This document shows positions 25,131 through 42,224 of a DNA stretch of 64,000 nucleotides, piece by piece (the stretch's first letter is position 1; the number at the start of each line of letters is the position of its first letter). The stretch is from the human T2T-CHM13v2.0 reference genome, Homo sapiens. The notes beneath the pieces were generated by a model. That model searched no databases. It saw only the letters and a program-made list of their open reading frames with translations, and had not been told where the DNA came from. Made by a program: the position numbers and the translations under genes. The stretch is from the NCBI RefSeq assembly GCF_009914755.1, contig NC_060926.1; one strand, written 5' to 3'.

Positions 25131-25861
25131 CTCCAGTCACTCAGGTTAAGCCTTGGTCTTTATTCTGAAGGCAGCAAGGAGATATGGAAAATGGGGAGGA
25201 GGAAGAGGTGAGCAAGAAGAGTGACACACACCACTGGAGGTTCTGGAGTCTTCATCTACCAACTCTCTGTAGGGCACATTTGGAAAGGAAAAGGGAAAAC
25301 TGAAGTCTAGGGGGTTAATTTAGAGGAAAGGGACAAAACAGTGCTATAGAAAAGCCCTGGACTTCAAAGGGAAACCTGAGTTTGAGCTCCATATCAGGAC
25401 TTCATGGGCTACTCAGCCCTTTCTTAGGGACTCTGTTTTCCCATCTGTAAATGGAGAGAAGAACTGGGATCCCTGCCAGCTCTCAGGTTCTGTGGTTTGA
25501 TGGGGATTTTGTAATGTGAGGAGATGGCCACCTCAATTAATCCACGGCATAGAATCAGCTAAACCCCGTCTCCAGCCTCACACCCCTTATGGAGCCTTCC
25601 TGATTACAGCCTCCAACTCCCGTCCCCGTGTCTGCACCACATGTTGGTGACTTGGCGTATACTGTCTCATGCCATTATGGGTCTTTGAAGATTATGTCCT
25701 CAGCTAAACCCACAGCCCCTGGAGGGCCAGGGGTGGTTTTGTCTTGTGTTTCTCCATGGGTTTTTCTCTCGGCATTTAGTTCTGTGCATATTATACAACA
25801 GACCTTCACTAAAGTCATATTGGGTTTTAAATAACCCACAGGGTGTACAGGTCAGAAGTTA

Positions 25862-26175
<314 letters not shown>

Positions 26176-26493
26176 GAAGACGGTCCCCTGCCTGTGTTTT
26201 TAGGCCTGTCATTTACATCTGTGCCAGACAACCAGGACATATCCTGTGACAGAGTTGTAAACTGCAGAGGCTTTGTACCCTTGTCACAGTCAACAGGCAT
26301 CTTCCCTGGATTCAAGGCCAACAATGCTGCTTCTTGGATGTAATGTTTAATCTCATCTATAAAATAACACTAGCAATCCCTACCTCTGAGTGTGGTTGTG
26401 GGGACTGAATGATGTTATATGTGTTTATGTATTTTGCATCCTATAAAATACTACATCAATATAAGGTCATGTAAATTCTCCAAGGCACTGAGC

Positions 26494-26859
26494 TGTATTT
26501 GCCCATTTTCACAGTGCTATAAAGAACTGCCCAGGACTGGGTAATTTATAAAGAAAACAAGTTTAATTGACTCACAGTTCTACATGGCTGGGAAGGCCTC
26601 AGGAAACTTACAATCATGGAGGAAGGTGCAGGGAAAGCAAGACACGTCTTACATGGTGGCAGAACAGAGAGAGAGAGCAAAGAGGGAAGTGCTGCCTTTA
26701 AACCAGCAGAGCTCAAAAGAACTCACTCACTATCATGAGAACAGCATGGAGAAAACCGCCCCCATGATCCAATCACTTCCCACCAGGTCCCTCCCTCAAC
26801 AAGTGGGGATTTCAATTCAAGATGAGATTTGGGTAGGAACACAGAACTAAACCATATCA
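26494..26859 (-). mobile_element. THE1 (THE1D-like) MaLR solo LTR
   Basis: TGTATT...AAACCATATCA; exact TSD TGAGC (26489-26493, 26860-26864). Confidence 0.92.
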
Positions 26860-27162
26860 TGAGCCAAGTTCAAGTTCTGACTCCAAATTGCATGGCTTTG
26901 AACTAGCCATTTAATCTCTAGTCTCTTCTACTGCATATGGATCATACCCCTTTAAAATTGTGCTCAAATTTTACATGCCCATTCCCACCCCTCCCCTACT
27001 TTCAGGCTCCAGGGATTAATTTCTTTCTCAGCCCTCACAGCCTGGCTTAAAGCCCTGATGCCCGCTCAAGTCAGAATTGATTCTCTCTCCTTCTGGGCCA
27101 TCATTTTGGATGATCTCTACCTCTTCTCCAAATAGCTTCATCCTGATTATATAGCCATCTTC

Positions 27163-27863
27163 CAGGGTCAGCAAACTTTCTCTATAAAGGTCCAGATAAC
27201 AAATAGTTTGGCTTTGTGGGTCACATGGCCTCTGTTGCAACTACTCAATTCCACCGTCGTTGTGTGAAAACAGCCGTAGACAATATGTAAATGAATAGAC
27301 ATGACTGTGTTCTAAAAAAACTTTTTATTTACAAAACAGGGGGCAGACACGGTGGCTCACATCTGTCATCCCAGCATTTTGGGAAGCCAAGGTGGGAGGA
27401 TTTCTTGAGGTTAGAAGTTCAAAACCAGCCTGGGCAACATAGCGAGACCTCATTTCTACAAAAAATTAAAAATTAGCTGGGTGCAGTAGCACACACCTGT
27501 AGTGCTAGCTACTCAAGAGGCTGAGATGCGAGGATCACTTCAGCCCAGCAGGAAAAGGCTGCAGTGACCCATGATTGCACTACTGCATTCCAGCCAGAGC
27601 AACAGAGCAAGACTCTGTCTCAAAAATAAACAAATAAATAAAAATAATTAGCCAGGCGTGGTGTCATGTGCCTGTAGTACCAGTTAGTCAGGAGGCTGAG
27701 GCAGGAGAGGATCACTTGAGCCCAGAGTTGAAGGTTGCAGTGAGCTATGATCACACCACTGCCCTTTAGCCTAGGAAACAGAACAAGACCCAGTCTCAAA
27801 ACAAAAAACAAAAAAATGAGTACTGGCAAAATTGACCCTCAGGCAGTAGTCTTCCCACCCCTG
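27163..27863 (+). mobile_element. MER58A (hAT-Charlie) interrupted by Alu sequence
   Basis: CAGGGTCAGCAAACTTTCTCTATAAAGGTCCAGAT...TTATTTACAAAACAGG, resuming after 27815 and ending CCCACCCCTG. Confidence 0.8.
27342..27815 (+). mobile_element. AluJ followed by an extra right monomer (three-arm arrangement)
   Basis: Left arm and right arm to ~27645, then a second right arm ~27646-27815. Confidence 0.88.
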
Positions 27864-27899
27864 CTCTAGATCGTCACCTCCCAAAAGTACTAACAGAAC

Positions 27900-28558
<659 letters not shown>

Positions 28559-28666
28559 TAGCCTTGAGGCCAAGCACAGAGTTTAACCCCAAGAGGTCTC
28601 AAAAAATAAATAAATAGCAGTAATAAAAATAGTGCCTTTTACTGAAGCCTCATAAGGTACAAAATA

Positions 28667-28943
28667 CAGACAGTCCCCAACTTATGATGGTTAGACATAC
28701 AATTTTTTGACTTAACATTAAGTTTATCAAAGAGCTTCTTATGACTTACAGTGGGATTACAGTTTGTACTGAATACTTACTGCTTTTGCATCAGGATGAA
28801 GTAAAAAAGTTATAAGTTGAACCACCATAAGTCGGGGACCATCTGCTGTGTTACCAGCATCAAATGCATTTTCAACTTCAGATATCTTCCACTTCTGATG
28901 GATTTAGTGGGACACAGCCCCATCACAAGTCAAGGAGCATCTG
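28667..28943 (-). mobile_element. MER47/Tigger5 (TcMar-Tigger) element with an internal inverted terminus
   Basis: TA-CAGACAGTCCCCAACTTATGATGG...AAGTCAAGGAGCATCTG-TA; TA TSD on both sides. Confidence 0.8.
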
Positions 28944-28961
28944 TACTTGGAACTCTATAAG

Positions 28962-29300
<339 letters not shown>

Positions 29301-30017
29301 TGAGGAAAATGAGATCAGGTAATTTGTCCAAGTCTGCACAGCTGGTAAGTATCAGAGCAGGAGATCACACCCAGGTCTATGCAAAGCATAGCTGCCATGT
29401 CACACTACATGCGTTTGCAAAGGCTCATTGGATTAACTATGAGGGATGAGGTTGAGCCAGGTATCTTCTAGTCTCCCAGCAGTCAGCAAAAGAATCGTCA
29501 AGTCCCAGCCTGGCTTCCAGTGTAGTCACAGGCTGTCCCACTGGGCTGGGGAAGCACAATTTGACATGCTCTTTTGTCTTCTTGTCACTTGCCCAGAGCT
29601 AGTCCCCGCATCTGCTCTGACACACACAGCTCAGCAGCAGGCATAGTGACCTCTGAGTATAAGCACAGGCTGTCTGGGGGGCTAAGCCATTGTGTGCCCA
29701 ACAGTCCATTCTTTCTCAGAAGCCCAGAGAGTGAGGACAGCTGTGAGCGACCTCCAGTCTGCTGGAGTGGAGCCAGCATTCCACACACGGCAACAGCCAA
29801 AAGGAATTTATGGGAAGAGGGAGAGCGGGAGGTGGGGTCAGGGGCCAGATCTGAGTTCAGTTACCCAACTTCCTGCTGCCCAATGCTGTCTCAAATCATG
29901 GTAGGATCCCAAGCCTTAAAGGGACAAAGATAGAAGCCAGGAAAGCAGTTTTAGGGAGCAAGACTGAGGGTACGTACCATGCCTTCAAAGTAAATCATCT
30001 CCTCCCCTCAACCCTAG

Positions 30018-30049
30018 ACACACACACACACACACGCACACAAACACAC
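30018..30049. repeat. (CA)n microsatellite, imperfect
   Basis: ACACACACACACACACACGCACACAAACACAC. Confidence 0.9.
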
Positions 30050-30857
30050 CTTCCAGGCATGGAGAATAATGTGGACTCCAGTTTTAAAAACGTGCAGTAT
30101 AAGACAAGGCTTGGAAGTACACAGTGGAATTTGATCACTACCCACCTAGGGGCCACTAGAACATTTTGGCGCAAGCAACTGAGATGGTGATTTGGGATAA
30201 GTTCCTGGAAGCAGTGGCCAGAAAACCAGTTAGCAGGCTGTTCTCACAGAAGAGCCATTCAGAAGACCTGAGGCATGGTGACAGTAGCGGAGACAAAGTT
30301 CCACTTGACCTTTGTCAGTACTGCCCACAAATTCCATTCCACCTGTCCCTTCCACTGTCTCTATTCTCTTATTCATTCAACCAGTATCAGCTGAGCCAAA
30401 CTATGCGCTAAACATGGGCACACCTGTTTCATCATCTTCCCCTATTTTTCCCTTTCCTTTCCTCCCTTCTTTATGCCACAGTCTCTCTTTTCACCAGCAC
30501 CTTGCTTCCCCTGATATCCTCCTTTATGCTACTTTTCCAACATGAACTCAGGGACTGGGCCCGGAGCTCCATCTTCTTCCTTGGGGGCAAGGGACAGGGG
30601 TTAGAGGTCAGGCAGAATCTCTGAAACCCAGATGGCATGTCATTTATGAAGAACTTGCACAGTGGGCCCTTGGAGCTCAAAATGAGCAGAGGTGTGGCCT
30701 GGCAGACCAAACAAGTGTACCCAACTCTCCCCATCTAGTTTAAAACAGACACACCACACCACCTTACCACTCGATATCCTAGAAAAAGACAAAAATATGC
30801 CACCTCCTCCAAAGTAAGCATCAATGACCCTATAAGGGAATTTCTAAACTAAACTGG

Positions 30858-31345
30858 TACAGTAGTTGGGGTCCAACCAGGAAAATGGAAACCACTCTAA
30901 CTCTTTACAACAGGGAGGACATAGTGCAGGGAACTGTTTACATAGGTCACAGAAGGCTGAGAAATCAGCTAAGGGAAGAAGTGGCAGCCCAGAGCATCTG
31001 AAAGCAACAACCACCCCCAAGGGATGGAGGGACAAAAGATGGCAGGCAGTGTTATCTGAGCCCAGGGACCAGATCACCTGCCAAATGCTGGAATAGTAGC
31101 AGGCCTCTCCAGCAATATCTATAGACTCAGAGAAAGACAGTCACTGCCAGAAATACCACGAAAGCCGAGAGGGACATGGAGATATACCCTGGCTTCTCCC
31201 CTCCTCCCACCCTCCAACTTCCCCCCCAGCACTTCCCATTGGTCAAACCCAGCCAGAAACCACTGATGCAGCGCTTACAGGGGTCAGCCTCCCTGATTCC
31301 AGGCAAGAGATGGGCAAGAAATGAATCTGGGAGCAAAAGGGCTCA
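30858..31345 (-). mobile_element. Ancient ERVL LTR (LTR33-like)
   Basis: GGGTCCAACCAGGAAAATGGAAACCACTCTA...CTTCCCATTGGTCAAACCCAGCCAGAAACCA resembles a recalled LTR33-family consensus. Confidence 0.6.
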
Positions 31346-31589
31346 GATGGCCTGGCTTTGTATTTTCTCTTACCAGGTACCTCTGCCAGGCCTCCAGAAG
31401 CCCACCTTTCTTTGCCTTTGATCCACAAGATTAGGGCCTGGAAGTCAAGGAAAAGTCATTTTCATCCTGCTGGGCAGATGTCACTGTGGGTGCCATCCTC
31501 CTTCCCCCTTGGATGTTGGCTTCTGGATGTTCAGATGTGTTTCCATCACACCATTTGTTCTTCCTTCCCTCTTTCCTTCCTGTATTTCT

Positions 31590-32075
31590 CATCCACTCAC
31601 ATGATCACCTGATCACACAGATCATTCTGTGTCAGGCACTGGAGACATGTTGGAGAATGAGAAATACTCCCTCCCCTCAAGGAGTTCGCAGTCTAGTGAC
31701 AATTTCACATTTGTGGCACAGGTCCATATGTGCACCCCAAGAAGTAGGTCCTGGGTGGGTGGCAGCACAGGGGAAGGAATGGGCAGTTCTGCCTGGGTGG
31801 TGGGCAAGAAAGGCCGCCCAGAGGAACCTATGTTTCAGCTGAATCTTGAAGAACAGTTTATAGCTAAGTGAGCAGAAGTAGGACATTTCTGTTAGAATGA
31901 ACAGCATATGCAAAGACATGAAGCAAGAAAGAGAAGAATTATAATCAGGGGGAGCAGAGTGTGAAGGTGTGGAGAGAGATGGGGTGACATGAAAGAGATA
32001 AGCAGAGCTGGTTGTTGGAGGGCCATACAAGAATATTTCTCCTGGGAGCTACCAAAGTGTTTTAAGCAAGAGGGG
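31590..32075 (-). mobile_element. L2 relic
   Basis: CTGTGTCAGGCACTGGAGA...TTTCAGCTGAATCTTGAAG...AACAGCATATGCAAAGACATG. Confidence 0.75.
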
Positions 32076-32078
32076 AAG

Positions 32079-32428
32079 TGTTTTAGACGGTTAAAGCTGC
32101 TCTAACAAAATGCCCCAAACTAGGTGGCTTATAAATAACAGAAATTTATTTCCTACAGCTCCAGAGGCTGGAAAGTCCAAGATCAAGATATCGGCAAATG
32201 CGGTGTCCAGTGAGGGCCACTTCCTCATAGACAGCATCTTTTCACATGGCAGAAGGAGCAAACAAGCTCCCTTGGGCCTCTTTCATAAGGGTGCCAAGCC
32301 CATTCCTGAGGACAGAGCCCTCATAATCTAAGAATGTCCTAAAGGCCTTACCTTCTACCACCATCACCTTGAGAGTTAGGATTTCAACATGTGAATTTTG
32401 GAGGGACACAAACATTCAGACCATAGCA
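32079..32428 (-). mobile_element. MLT1A-type MaLR solo LTR
   Basis: Ends ACAAACATTCAGACCATAGCA; exact TSD GGAAG (32074-32078, 32429-32433). Confidence 0.9.
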
Positions 32429-32440
32429 GGAAGCTTATCA

Positions 32441-32753
<313 letters not shown>

Positions 32754-32917
32754 TCACTCTGGCTACAGTATGGAGGAGGGACCGGAGGTGAGACCTGAGG
32801 TTGCAAGATGGGGGAGAAAGCCGGTATTCAGGCAGGAGTCCACACTACAGAGGGTGAAATCAGCATCCTCAGAGGAATTTGCAAGGACCTTGTTACAGTC
32901 AAGGCTTGCTTATGTAC

Positions 32918-33003
32918 CAAAAAGAAAAAGAAAAAAAAAGAAGAGGGAAGGGAGAGAGAAGGAAAGAGAGAGGGAAAGAGGGAGAGAGAAAAAGAAAGGA
33001 AAC
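32918..33003. repeat. A/G-only low-complexity tract
   Basis: About 85 nt of purines. Confidence 0.85.
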
Positions 33004-33558
33004 CTGCTCGGAGAAAGTTAAGCTTTTTTCCAATAAATCAGTTGTCAGGGGCTCAGGTTGCTAAGCTACAGGGAAAGTGGAACAGCCTGTGCTCGCTAAA
33101 AGGAGCTTTGGGGGAGGTGAGTGTAATCAGTCAAGTTGTTCCCTCCTCCAGGCCCAGAGCCCCAGGCCTCACCCTGTGCAGGGTGGGAGCAGAGAGCTGT
33201 TCCACCTCCAGGCAGGGCCCACAGGGTTCAAACCATGCAGCACCACAGCAGGGAGAGAAGTTTCAGGGCCCTGACTGTGACAAGCTGAGATAGAAATTAG
33301 AACTCGAGGCAGAAATCACAAGGCAGCCTCCGCATCCCCAGACTCCCGGGTGAGCTGGGTGTGTGCCTGGTCTATTATTCACTGTGGCCACATATCAAGC
33401 TGCCATGCACCCCTCTCCCAGGGCAATTAGCGCACCACTGTTCCGCCACTATTGGGGGTCACAAGTTCCAATCATTCTTTTAACGTGTGTTTAGGCCATG
33501 GATTTTTCTGGGGCTCTATTATTCTGGGTTTGCCCTGGGTAACCAAAGTGGCTTTTTG

Positions 33559-33862
33559 GGCTAGGCACAATGGCTCATGCCTGTGGGAGACAGAGGTGGG
33601 AGGATTGCTTGAACCCAGGAGTTCGAGACCAGCCTGGGCAAATAAATGAGACCCTGTCTGTACAAAAATTAAAAAACAACTATCTGGGCATTGCATTGTG
33701 GTGTGTGCCTGTGGTCCCAGCTACATGGTAGGCTGAGGTGGGAGGATCACCTGAGCCCAGGAGGTCAAGGCTGCAGTGAGCTGTGTTTGCACCACTATAC
33801 TCCAGCCTGGGTGACACAGCAAGACCCTGTTTCAAAAATAGAAAAATATATAAAATAAAAAT
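33559..33862 (+). mobile_element. AluJ
   Basis: Dimeric; TSD CAAAGTGGCTTT. Confidence 0.92.
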
Positions 33863-34333
33863 AACAAAGTGGCTTTAAAAAAAATCACCAAATGGCTTGA
33901 CTACCAGCACCTGTAGCTTCTTAAATAAATTCAGATAATGGGGAGTGGGAGAGTGGCATTGCATCAAGAAGCCCAGGAGTCAGGGCTTAATTTACTCTCC
34001 AAGGTCTGGAATGGACAGTTTGACCCTGGAATTCAAATATGAAGCCCCACGGCCTGATGCTTCCAATACATGTGGGAGCAGGGACCTGCATGTGACCAGA
34101 AGCCTCTAGGTGCACATTCCTTCAACCCTATTTCCCTACCCTGGGCCTAGCTCACACAAACTCTGTGTATTTGCTTTATAATAGTTGCTTGGAGACAGGG
34201 TAATCTTAAAGGGAACCACACCCAACCTCCCACCTTCTATCTGACATGCAGATGTCCCTTCAATCTCTGTCAGGTCTCTTTAGGCCAAGTGCTCCCCGGA
34301 GGTAAAAGCAGGAGGTAAAAGTTTGGGGAGCTG

Positions 34334-34494
34334 GGAGCCAGGCATGGTGGCTCATGCCTGTAATCCCAGCGATGGGAGGCTGAGGCAGGAGGATCACTTG
34401 AGTCCTGGAGTTCGAGGCTACAGTAAGCTGTGATTGCCCCCACGGCACTCCAGCCTGGGCAACAGAGCAAGACCCTCTCTAAAAATAAATAAAT
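34334..34494 (+). mobile_element. Free Alu monomer (FAM/FRAM-like)
   Basis: Single arm; exact 16-bp TSD AAAGTTTGGGGAGCTG (34318-34333, 34495-34510). Confidence 0.9.
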
Positions 34495-34681
34495 AAAGTT
34501 TGGGGAGCTGACGACAGTACAAGTTGCCTCCCAGAATCAGACTCAGAAGTTACGATAGTAAGATAATGGGGCGCTGAGAAATAGAGAAATCAGAGGAACA
34601 AAAGACAGGAAACTAGGATTCCATCTGTCAACACGTGGGATGGGGATTGTTGAAGGATGATGAAGTCAAGACCTGATGGAG

Positions 34682-35320
34682 ATGGTGCAGCTGCTGTGGA
34701 AAACAGTACGGCGACTCCTCAAACAATTAAAGATAGAATTCACGTATGATCTCACAATTCCACTTTGGGGTACATACTCAAAAGAATTGAAAGCAGGATC
34801 CCAGAGATATTTGTACACCGACATTCATAGCAGCATTATTCACAACAGCTAAAATGTGGGAACAACCCAAGGTTCATCAATAGATGGATGAACAAATATG
34901 GTATATACGGACAATGGAATATTCTTCATATTCTTTAGCCTCAAAAAGGAAGGAAACTCTGACACCTGCTATTACATGGATGAGCCTTGAGGACATTATG
35001 CTAAATGAAATAAGCCAGTCACAAAAGGACAAATGCTGTATGATTTGACTCACATGAGGTACTTACAGCCGCCAAAATCATAGACAGAAAGTAGAATAGT
35101 GGTGGCCAGGTATTGGGGGGAGGGGGGAATGGGGAGTTATTGCTTAATGGGTACAGAGTTTCAGTTGTACAAGATGATAAGAGTTCTGGATGGATGGTGG
35201 TGATAGTTGCACGACATTATGAATGTATTTAATACCACTAAACTGTGCACTTTAAAATGGTTAAGATGGTAAATTTTATGTCATGTGTATCTTGCCACAA
35301 TTTAAAAAATGGAAAAAAAT
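34682..35320 (+). mobile_element. L1M (L1MA/MB) 3' end
   Basis: ATGGTGCAGCTGCTGTGGAAAACAGT...GCAGCATTATTCACAACAGC...AAATGGTTAAGATGGTAAATTTTATG. Confidence 0.9.
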
Positions 35321-35691
35321 GATCTGATTGAGGAAAGTTTGACAAGAGAGATAAACTGAGTCACAAGAGCTGCAGCTCAAAAACAGCAATGAGTAAATCA
35401 CAGCCAGATATAAGAAGAGAACCCTCTTGGGGAAAATGACCAAGGCAGGGAGGATCTAGGAGAGGAAACTGATCATTGTCAACATTCCCTGCTGAGCTCC
35501 CACTCTGAGCAAAGACCATGCAAAGCACAGTGGTGGCACAAGGCCAGCTCTTCCTTAAGCCTTGCCGGTCTCTCTACCCCCAGTCAGACTCCCTGTCTTA
35601 GGGGTTTATCTGTACCTCTCTTATTGAACATAACTTTCCCACTTAGTATCTATGGGATATTGTGCAACTTATTTAGCTTTCCTGTGCATTG

Positions 35692-36132
<441 letters not shown>

Positions 36133-36665
36133 AACTATTACAATTTTTATCATCATCAGCATCATCTGTTTATTTAATGCTCAAAGTGTGAAATAAATGG
36201 CTTCAAAAAAAGTGTAAGAGATGGGAACTCTCACCCTATTCTATAACTAAGGAGAATGAGCATGAAGGGCTCAAATACTTGTGTAAGACACACAACAATT
36301 CAGTGTTGGAGCCAAGAGTCAGACTTGGATGTGCTGGACCTAAAGCTCAGTTTCTTTCCACTGTGTCACGTTCATCTCTCTTGGTACCTTGCGTCCTTGA
36401 AAATGATGGATGTGGGAAGCAGCCACAGGCAGGTGGGAAGGGCACAAACCGTGGAGTTGGAGCACCTGGATTCCAGCTCCTACTTGCTAACTGCATGACC
36501 TGGGACACATAACTTCTGCTCTCTGGACCTCAGTTTTTCTGTGTAAGATGGATAATAATACCCACATCTGAGGGTTGTTGTGTCCTCACAACAGTAAAGC
36601 TATCACAGAGCATATTCTGTGTCTTGTCATAGACAATCTATTAGGTGGTTCTAAATCTCCTTCCT

Positions 36666-37321
36666 GGCTGGGCACAGTGGTTCATGCCTGTAATCCCAGA
36701 ACTTTGGGAGGCTGAGACAGAAGGATCACTTGAGCCCAGGACTTCGAGATCAGGCTGGGCAACATAGTGAGAACCCGTTTTTACAAAAATAAAATAAAGA
36801 AAAATTAACTGGGTATGGTGGTGCATACTTGTAGTCCCAGCTACTCAAGAGGCTGAGGTAGAAGGATCACTTGGGCCCAGTAGTTTGAGACTACAGTGAG
36901 CTATGACCATGCCACTGTACTCCAGCCTGGGCAACAAACAAGAACTTATGTCAAAAAAAAAAAAAAGAAAAAAAAAAAGAAAAAAGAAAAGAAAAGAAAA
37001 GAAAAGAAATTAGGCCGAACACGGTGGCTCACACCTGTAATCCTAGCATTTTGGGAGCCCAAGGCGAGTGGATTGCCTAAGCTCAGGAGTTTGAGAACAG
37101 CCTGGGCAACATGATGAAACCCCGTCTCTACTAAAATACAAAAAATTAGCCAGGCATGGTGGTGTGCACCTGTAATCCCAGCTACTCAAGGGGCGAGACA
37201 GGAGAATTGCTTGAACCCAGAGGTGGAGGTTGCAGTGAGCCGAGAGATCACAGCATTGCACTCCAGCCTGAGCAACACAGCAAGACTCCGTCTCAAAAAA
37301 AAAAAAAAAAAAAAAAAAAAA
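36666..37321 (+). mobile_element. Two tandem Alus (AluJ 36666-37008, AluS 37013-37321)
   Basis: Two dimeric Alus head-to-tail with long A-rich tails. Confidence 0.93.
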
Positions 37322-38075
37322 TCTATCAATCCATCAATCTCCTTCCCACTACATGTGGAGCCCTCATTCCTTTCCTCTGGCTTCATCTTTACTTCCTGCC
37401 CAGGGAAATCATTTCTACCTGAATTTCTGAAATACTATTCCACCCTTTGCTCATTCTATGTGCTCCTATTTTCTTTCCTTGAAAGTTTCCATCCATTTCT
37501 ATGGCTCCAGTCCCTGCTTACAGTTAATGCCTAGATCTACGTGTGTACCTGGGCCTCTAACTGAAGAATTAAAACACTGTTTCATTCCAAGGACCATCCC
37601 GAAGTAAAATGATGGTTTGAGTAGGCCTGGTCTTCAGTCTTCAGCTTCTTCATGTTGTCCCCCAGCCTGCTGCGGTCTTCCTCCTCCCAGCCCCTGGCAC
37701 CTGAGATCTTGGGGTTTTCTCCCCTTCTAACCAAATTGATCTTTGGACAGAATTTGAAATTCCTTCCCATTCAGGTGAAAGTAACAGACAACCACTAATA
37801 CCTCCCAAGAGTAGTTATCTTTTAATGAAGGCCAGGACCTTGAGCCCAAGCCCTGAAATCACACTGCAGAATTTCACTTTGTTGCCTCTCCATGGGGAGG
37901 ATGCTTGTTTCCATGCCCAGGGTCTTCCCTGGAGAAGCCTTGCCATGCAGGCCACTGGAACCCTCTTCTGCTTCAGCCAGGCCCTGGTGATGGATCTGGA
38001 ATGCTACCTTGCTTTTGGGGGCAGCATTGTAGTCACACTTGTCATACCTATGACATCTCTTATCTTTGTATCTCA

Positions 38076-38509
<434 letters not shown>

Positions 38510-38619
38510 AGCCCATGTCAGCCCTCATTCTAGCAAAGAGGTATTATGTCCCGGTGATTTGACTACAGTTTTAGTTATGCTCCCAGGTGATTTCTAAAAA
38601 CCATTTCATTGTTATTATT

Positions 38620-38850
38620 CCATTTGTATTAGGCAGCTACATCAGCACATGGGCTCAAGCCCCAGCTCCCAATTCCAACTCCATGACTCTGGATAGGACT
38701 TACAAACTTTCTGTTTCAATTTCCCCATCTATAAAATGAGATACTACTACCTAACTCTTGGAATTGTTGTGAGCCTTAAATGAGATATTATCTACAAAGT
38801 ACCTACCTCTATGCCTGGTACTTAGAGACATTGGGTAAAAGTTAGTTCCC
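38620..38850 (+). mobile_element. MIR
   Basis: TTTCCCCATCTATAAAATGAG...GTTGTGAGCCTTAAATGAGAT. Confidence 0.8.
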
Positions 38851-38989
38851 TTCTCTTTTCCTCCCCCACATTCCCACCCTTTGCTACATAGCACTGTAGA
38901 GAAATAATCAGAAAGATACATTCACTGCTCTTCAGTTCTGTGTGTTCCAAAAGGAGATACATTTGATCATTAAAAACCACAAAGGCAGC

Positions 38990-39354
<365 letters not shown>

Positions 39355-39542
39355 TTACTAGGAAAGAGAAGAAAGCGAAAATAAAAGATGAACTGAAGAG
39401 AAGTTGTGGAGAGATGTGTGTGATGATCATTGTATTAGACACATTAAAAATAAGCAGAGTGCTTTGAACAGATAGTTTATCTACAGTCTACAAAGTGGAA
39501 TTATTAACCAGGCCTAAGCTGCAATGTATAAGAAACAACCAG

Positions 39543-39863
<321 letters not shown>

Positions 39864-40748
39864 TTAAGGAGACACTGTGACAACTAAGCATTTGGTATGG
39901 CTGACATTCATCTCAAGATCATAGTACCACAGAAATCTCATTCAGCTCATCAGAGCCTTCTTAAACCTGCTCTGGACAACCCCATTCTCCTAGAGCCAGG
40001 TAGGTGAGGCAGGTCAGTAACTATAAATCACTAGCAGCCTTTCGAGCTCACGTCAGAACCAGGAGAGCCAGAGCAGTGGTTAAATCCATGAACAAATGTG
40101 AAGCTATATTCAGGAGGTGAAGCAGGATGTCAGGAGCCCAGGTCAGGAGACAGAGTTGTAAATAGTGGATGAGGCCTGGGATGGGGTGCAGGCTGAATGG
40201 AGCAGTGTCAGCTGATCCAAACATGCCAGGCTGGGCCAGGCATGCAGAAGGAGCCAAGTGCCAACCCTGGAAAGGGAGGGGAACAGATGAGAGAGGAGCA
40301 GCAACCAGGAAAGAGCCAAAGCTGAAAACAAGCAGAACAAGAACAGGTCAAGGTCAGAACCTCCACTGTCAAATCCAAGCGTGAATGACAGCAAGAACAG
40401 AGTCCAGAAGCCAGGCTGAGTGCTGGAACAGCTCCTCCAGACTGGACATGCTGTGAGGGCAGGGGTCCCAGCCGCCTTGCTAAGTGCCGTGTGCTTTGAG
40501 CCCAGAGCAGTGTTTGGCAGGAGACAACAAGGCCTACATAAATACTAGTTGTCCACGCCATTGTCGAAATTGGCAGAAGCCAGTGAATGAACAACATGAG
40601 GGAAACAGGGATAGACTAAATTGTGTGCACAACCTCTGAAAGTGAGCCCTTCTCAGTGAGTGCCCTGACCTGTCTTAAAGTGCTGGGGTTGATCCAACCG
40701 TTTTCATTTCATGCACCTCAAACCTTCCCTCTCTCCTTCCTGACAGCC

Positions 40749-41536
<788 letters not shown>

Positions 41537-41564
41537 CCTCCCCTGTCAAAATGTACCTGTCTTA

Positions 41565-41857
41565 GGCCAGACACAGTGGCTCATGCCTATAATCCCAGCA
41601 CTTTGGGAGGTGGAGGCAGTCAGATCACATGAGGCCAGGAGTGTGAGACCTGCCTGGCCAACATGGTGAAACCCTGTCTCCACTAAAAATACAAAAATTA
41701 GCCAAGTGTGGTGGTATACGCCAGTAATCTCAGCTACTTGGGTCGCTGAGGCATGAGAATCGCTTGAACCCAGGAGGCAGAGGTTGTAGTGAGCTGAGAT
41801 CACGCCACTGCACTTCAGCCTCAGGAACAGATAGAAACACTGTGTTAAAAAAAAAAA
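41565..41857 (+). mobile_element. AluS
   Basis: Dimeric; TSD includes TACCTGTCTT. Confidence 0.92.
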
Positions 41858-42224
41858 TACCTGTCTTGTGCTTCATTACTTTAGGTCCCATGAGATATTA
41901 TATTTTCAGCAAAAATGTTAATGATGTAATGTGTTTCCTTTCTGTTTTATATCAGATAATTCCTAGAGATGTAAGGCCTTGGTCAAGAAAACGGCTGTCT
42001 AGGGGCTAGGATTTCAGGCCCCAACCGGGCCTCTGAAGAGGCTAGCTTGGAGAAGAGGCTTTTTTTCTCAGCATCAACCCTTCCATCAGCTCACAGTTTG
42101 CACGGGGTTTGCCCCTGTCATCTGGTCACTGGAAATCATGGGAGAGTTGGAAGTACTGTTGGAGCATTCCATCTCCTCCTGGCTTTCTAAATAACTTTTG
42201 CATCTTTCTAGTCCTAATCCTTCC

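Noticed and set aside
40345-40356. Perfect DR0 AGGTCAAGGTCA
   Set aside because: A single motif in probable ancient LTR-like sequence, with no supporting evidence.
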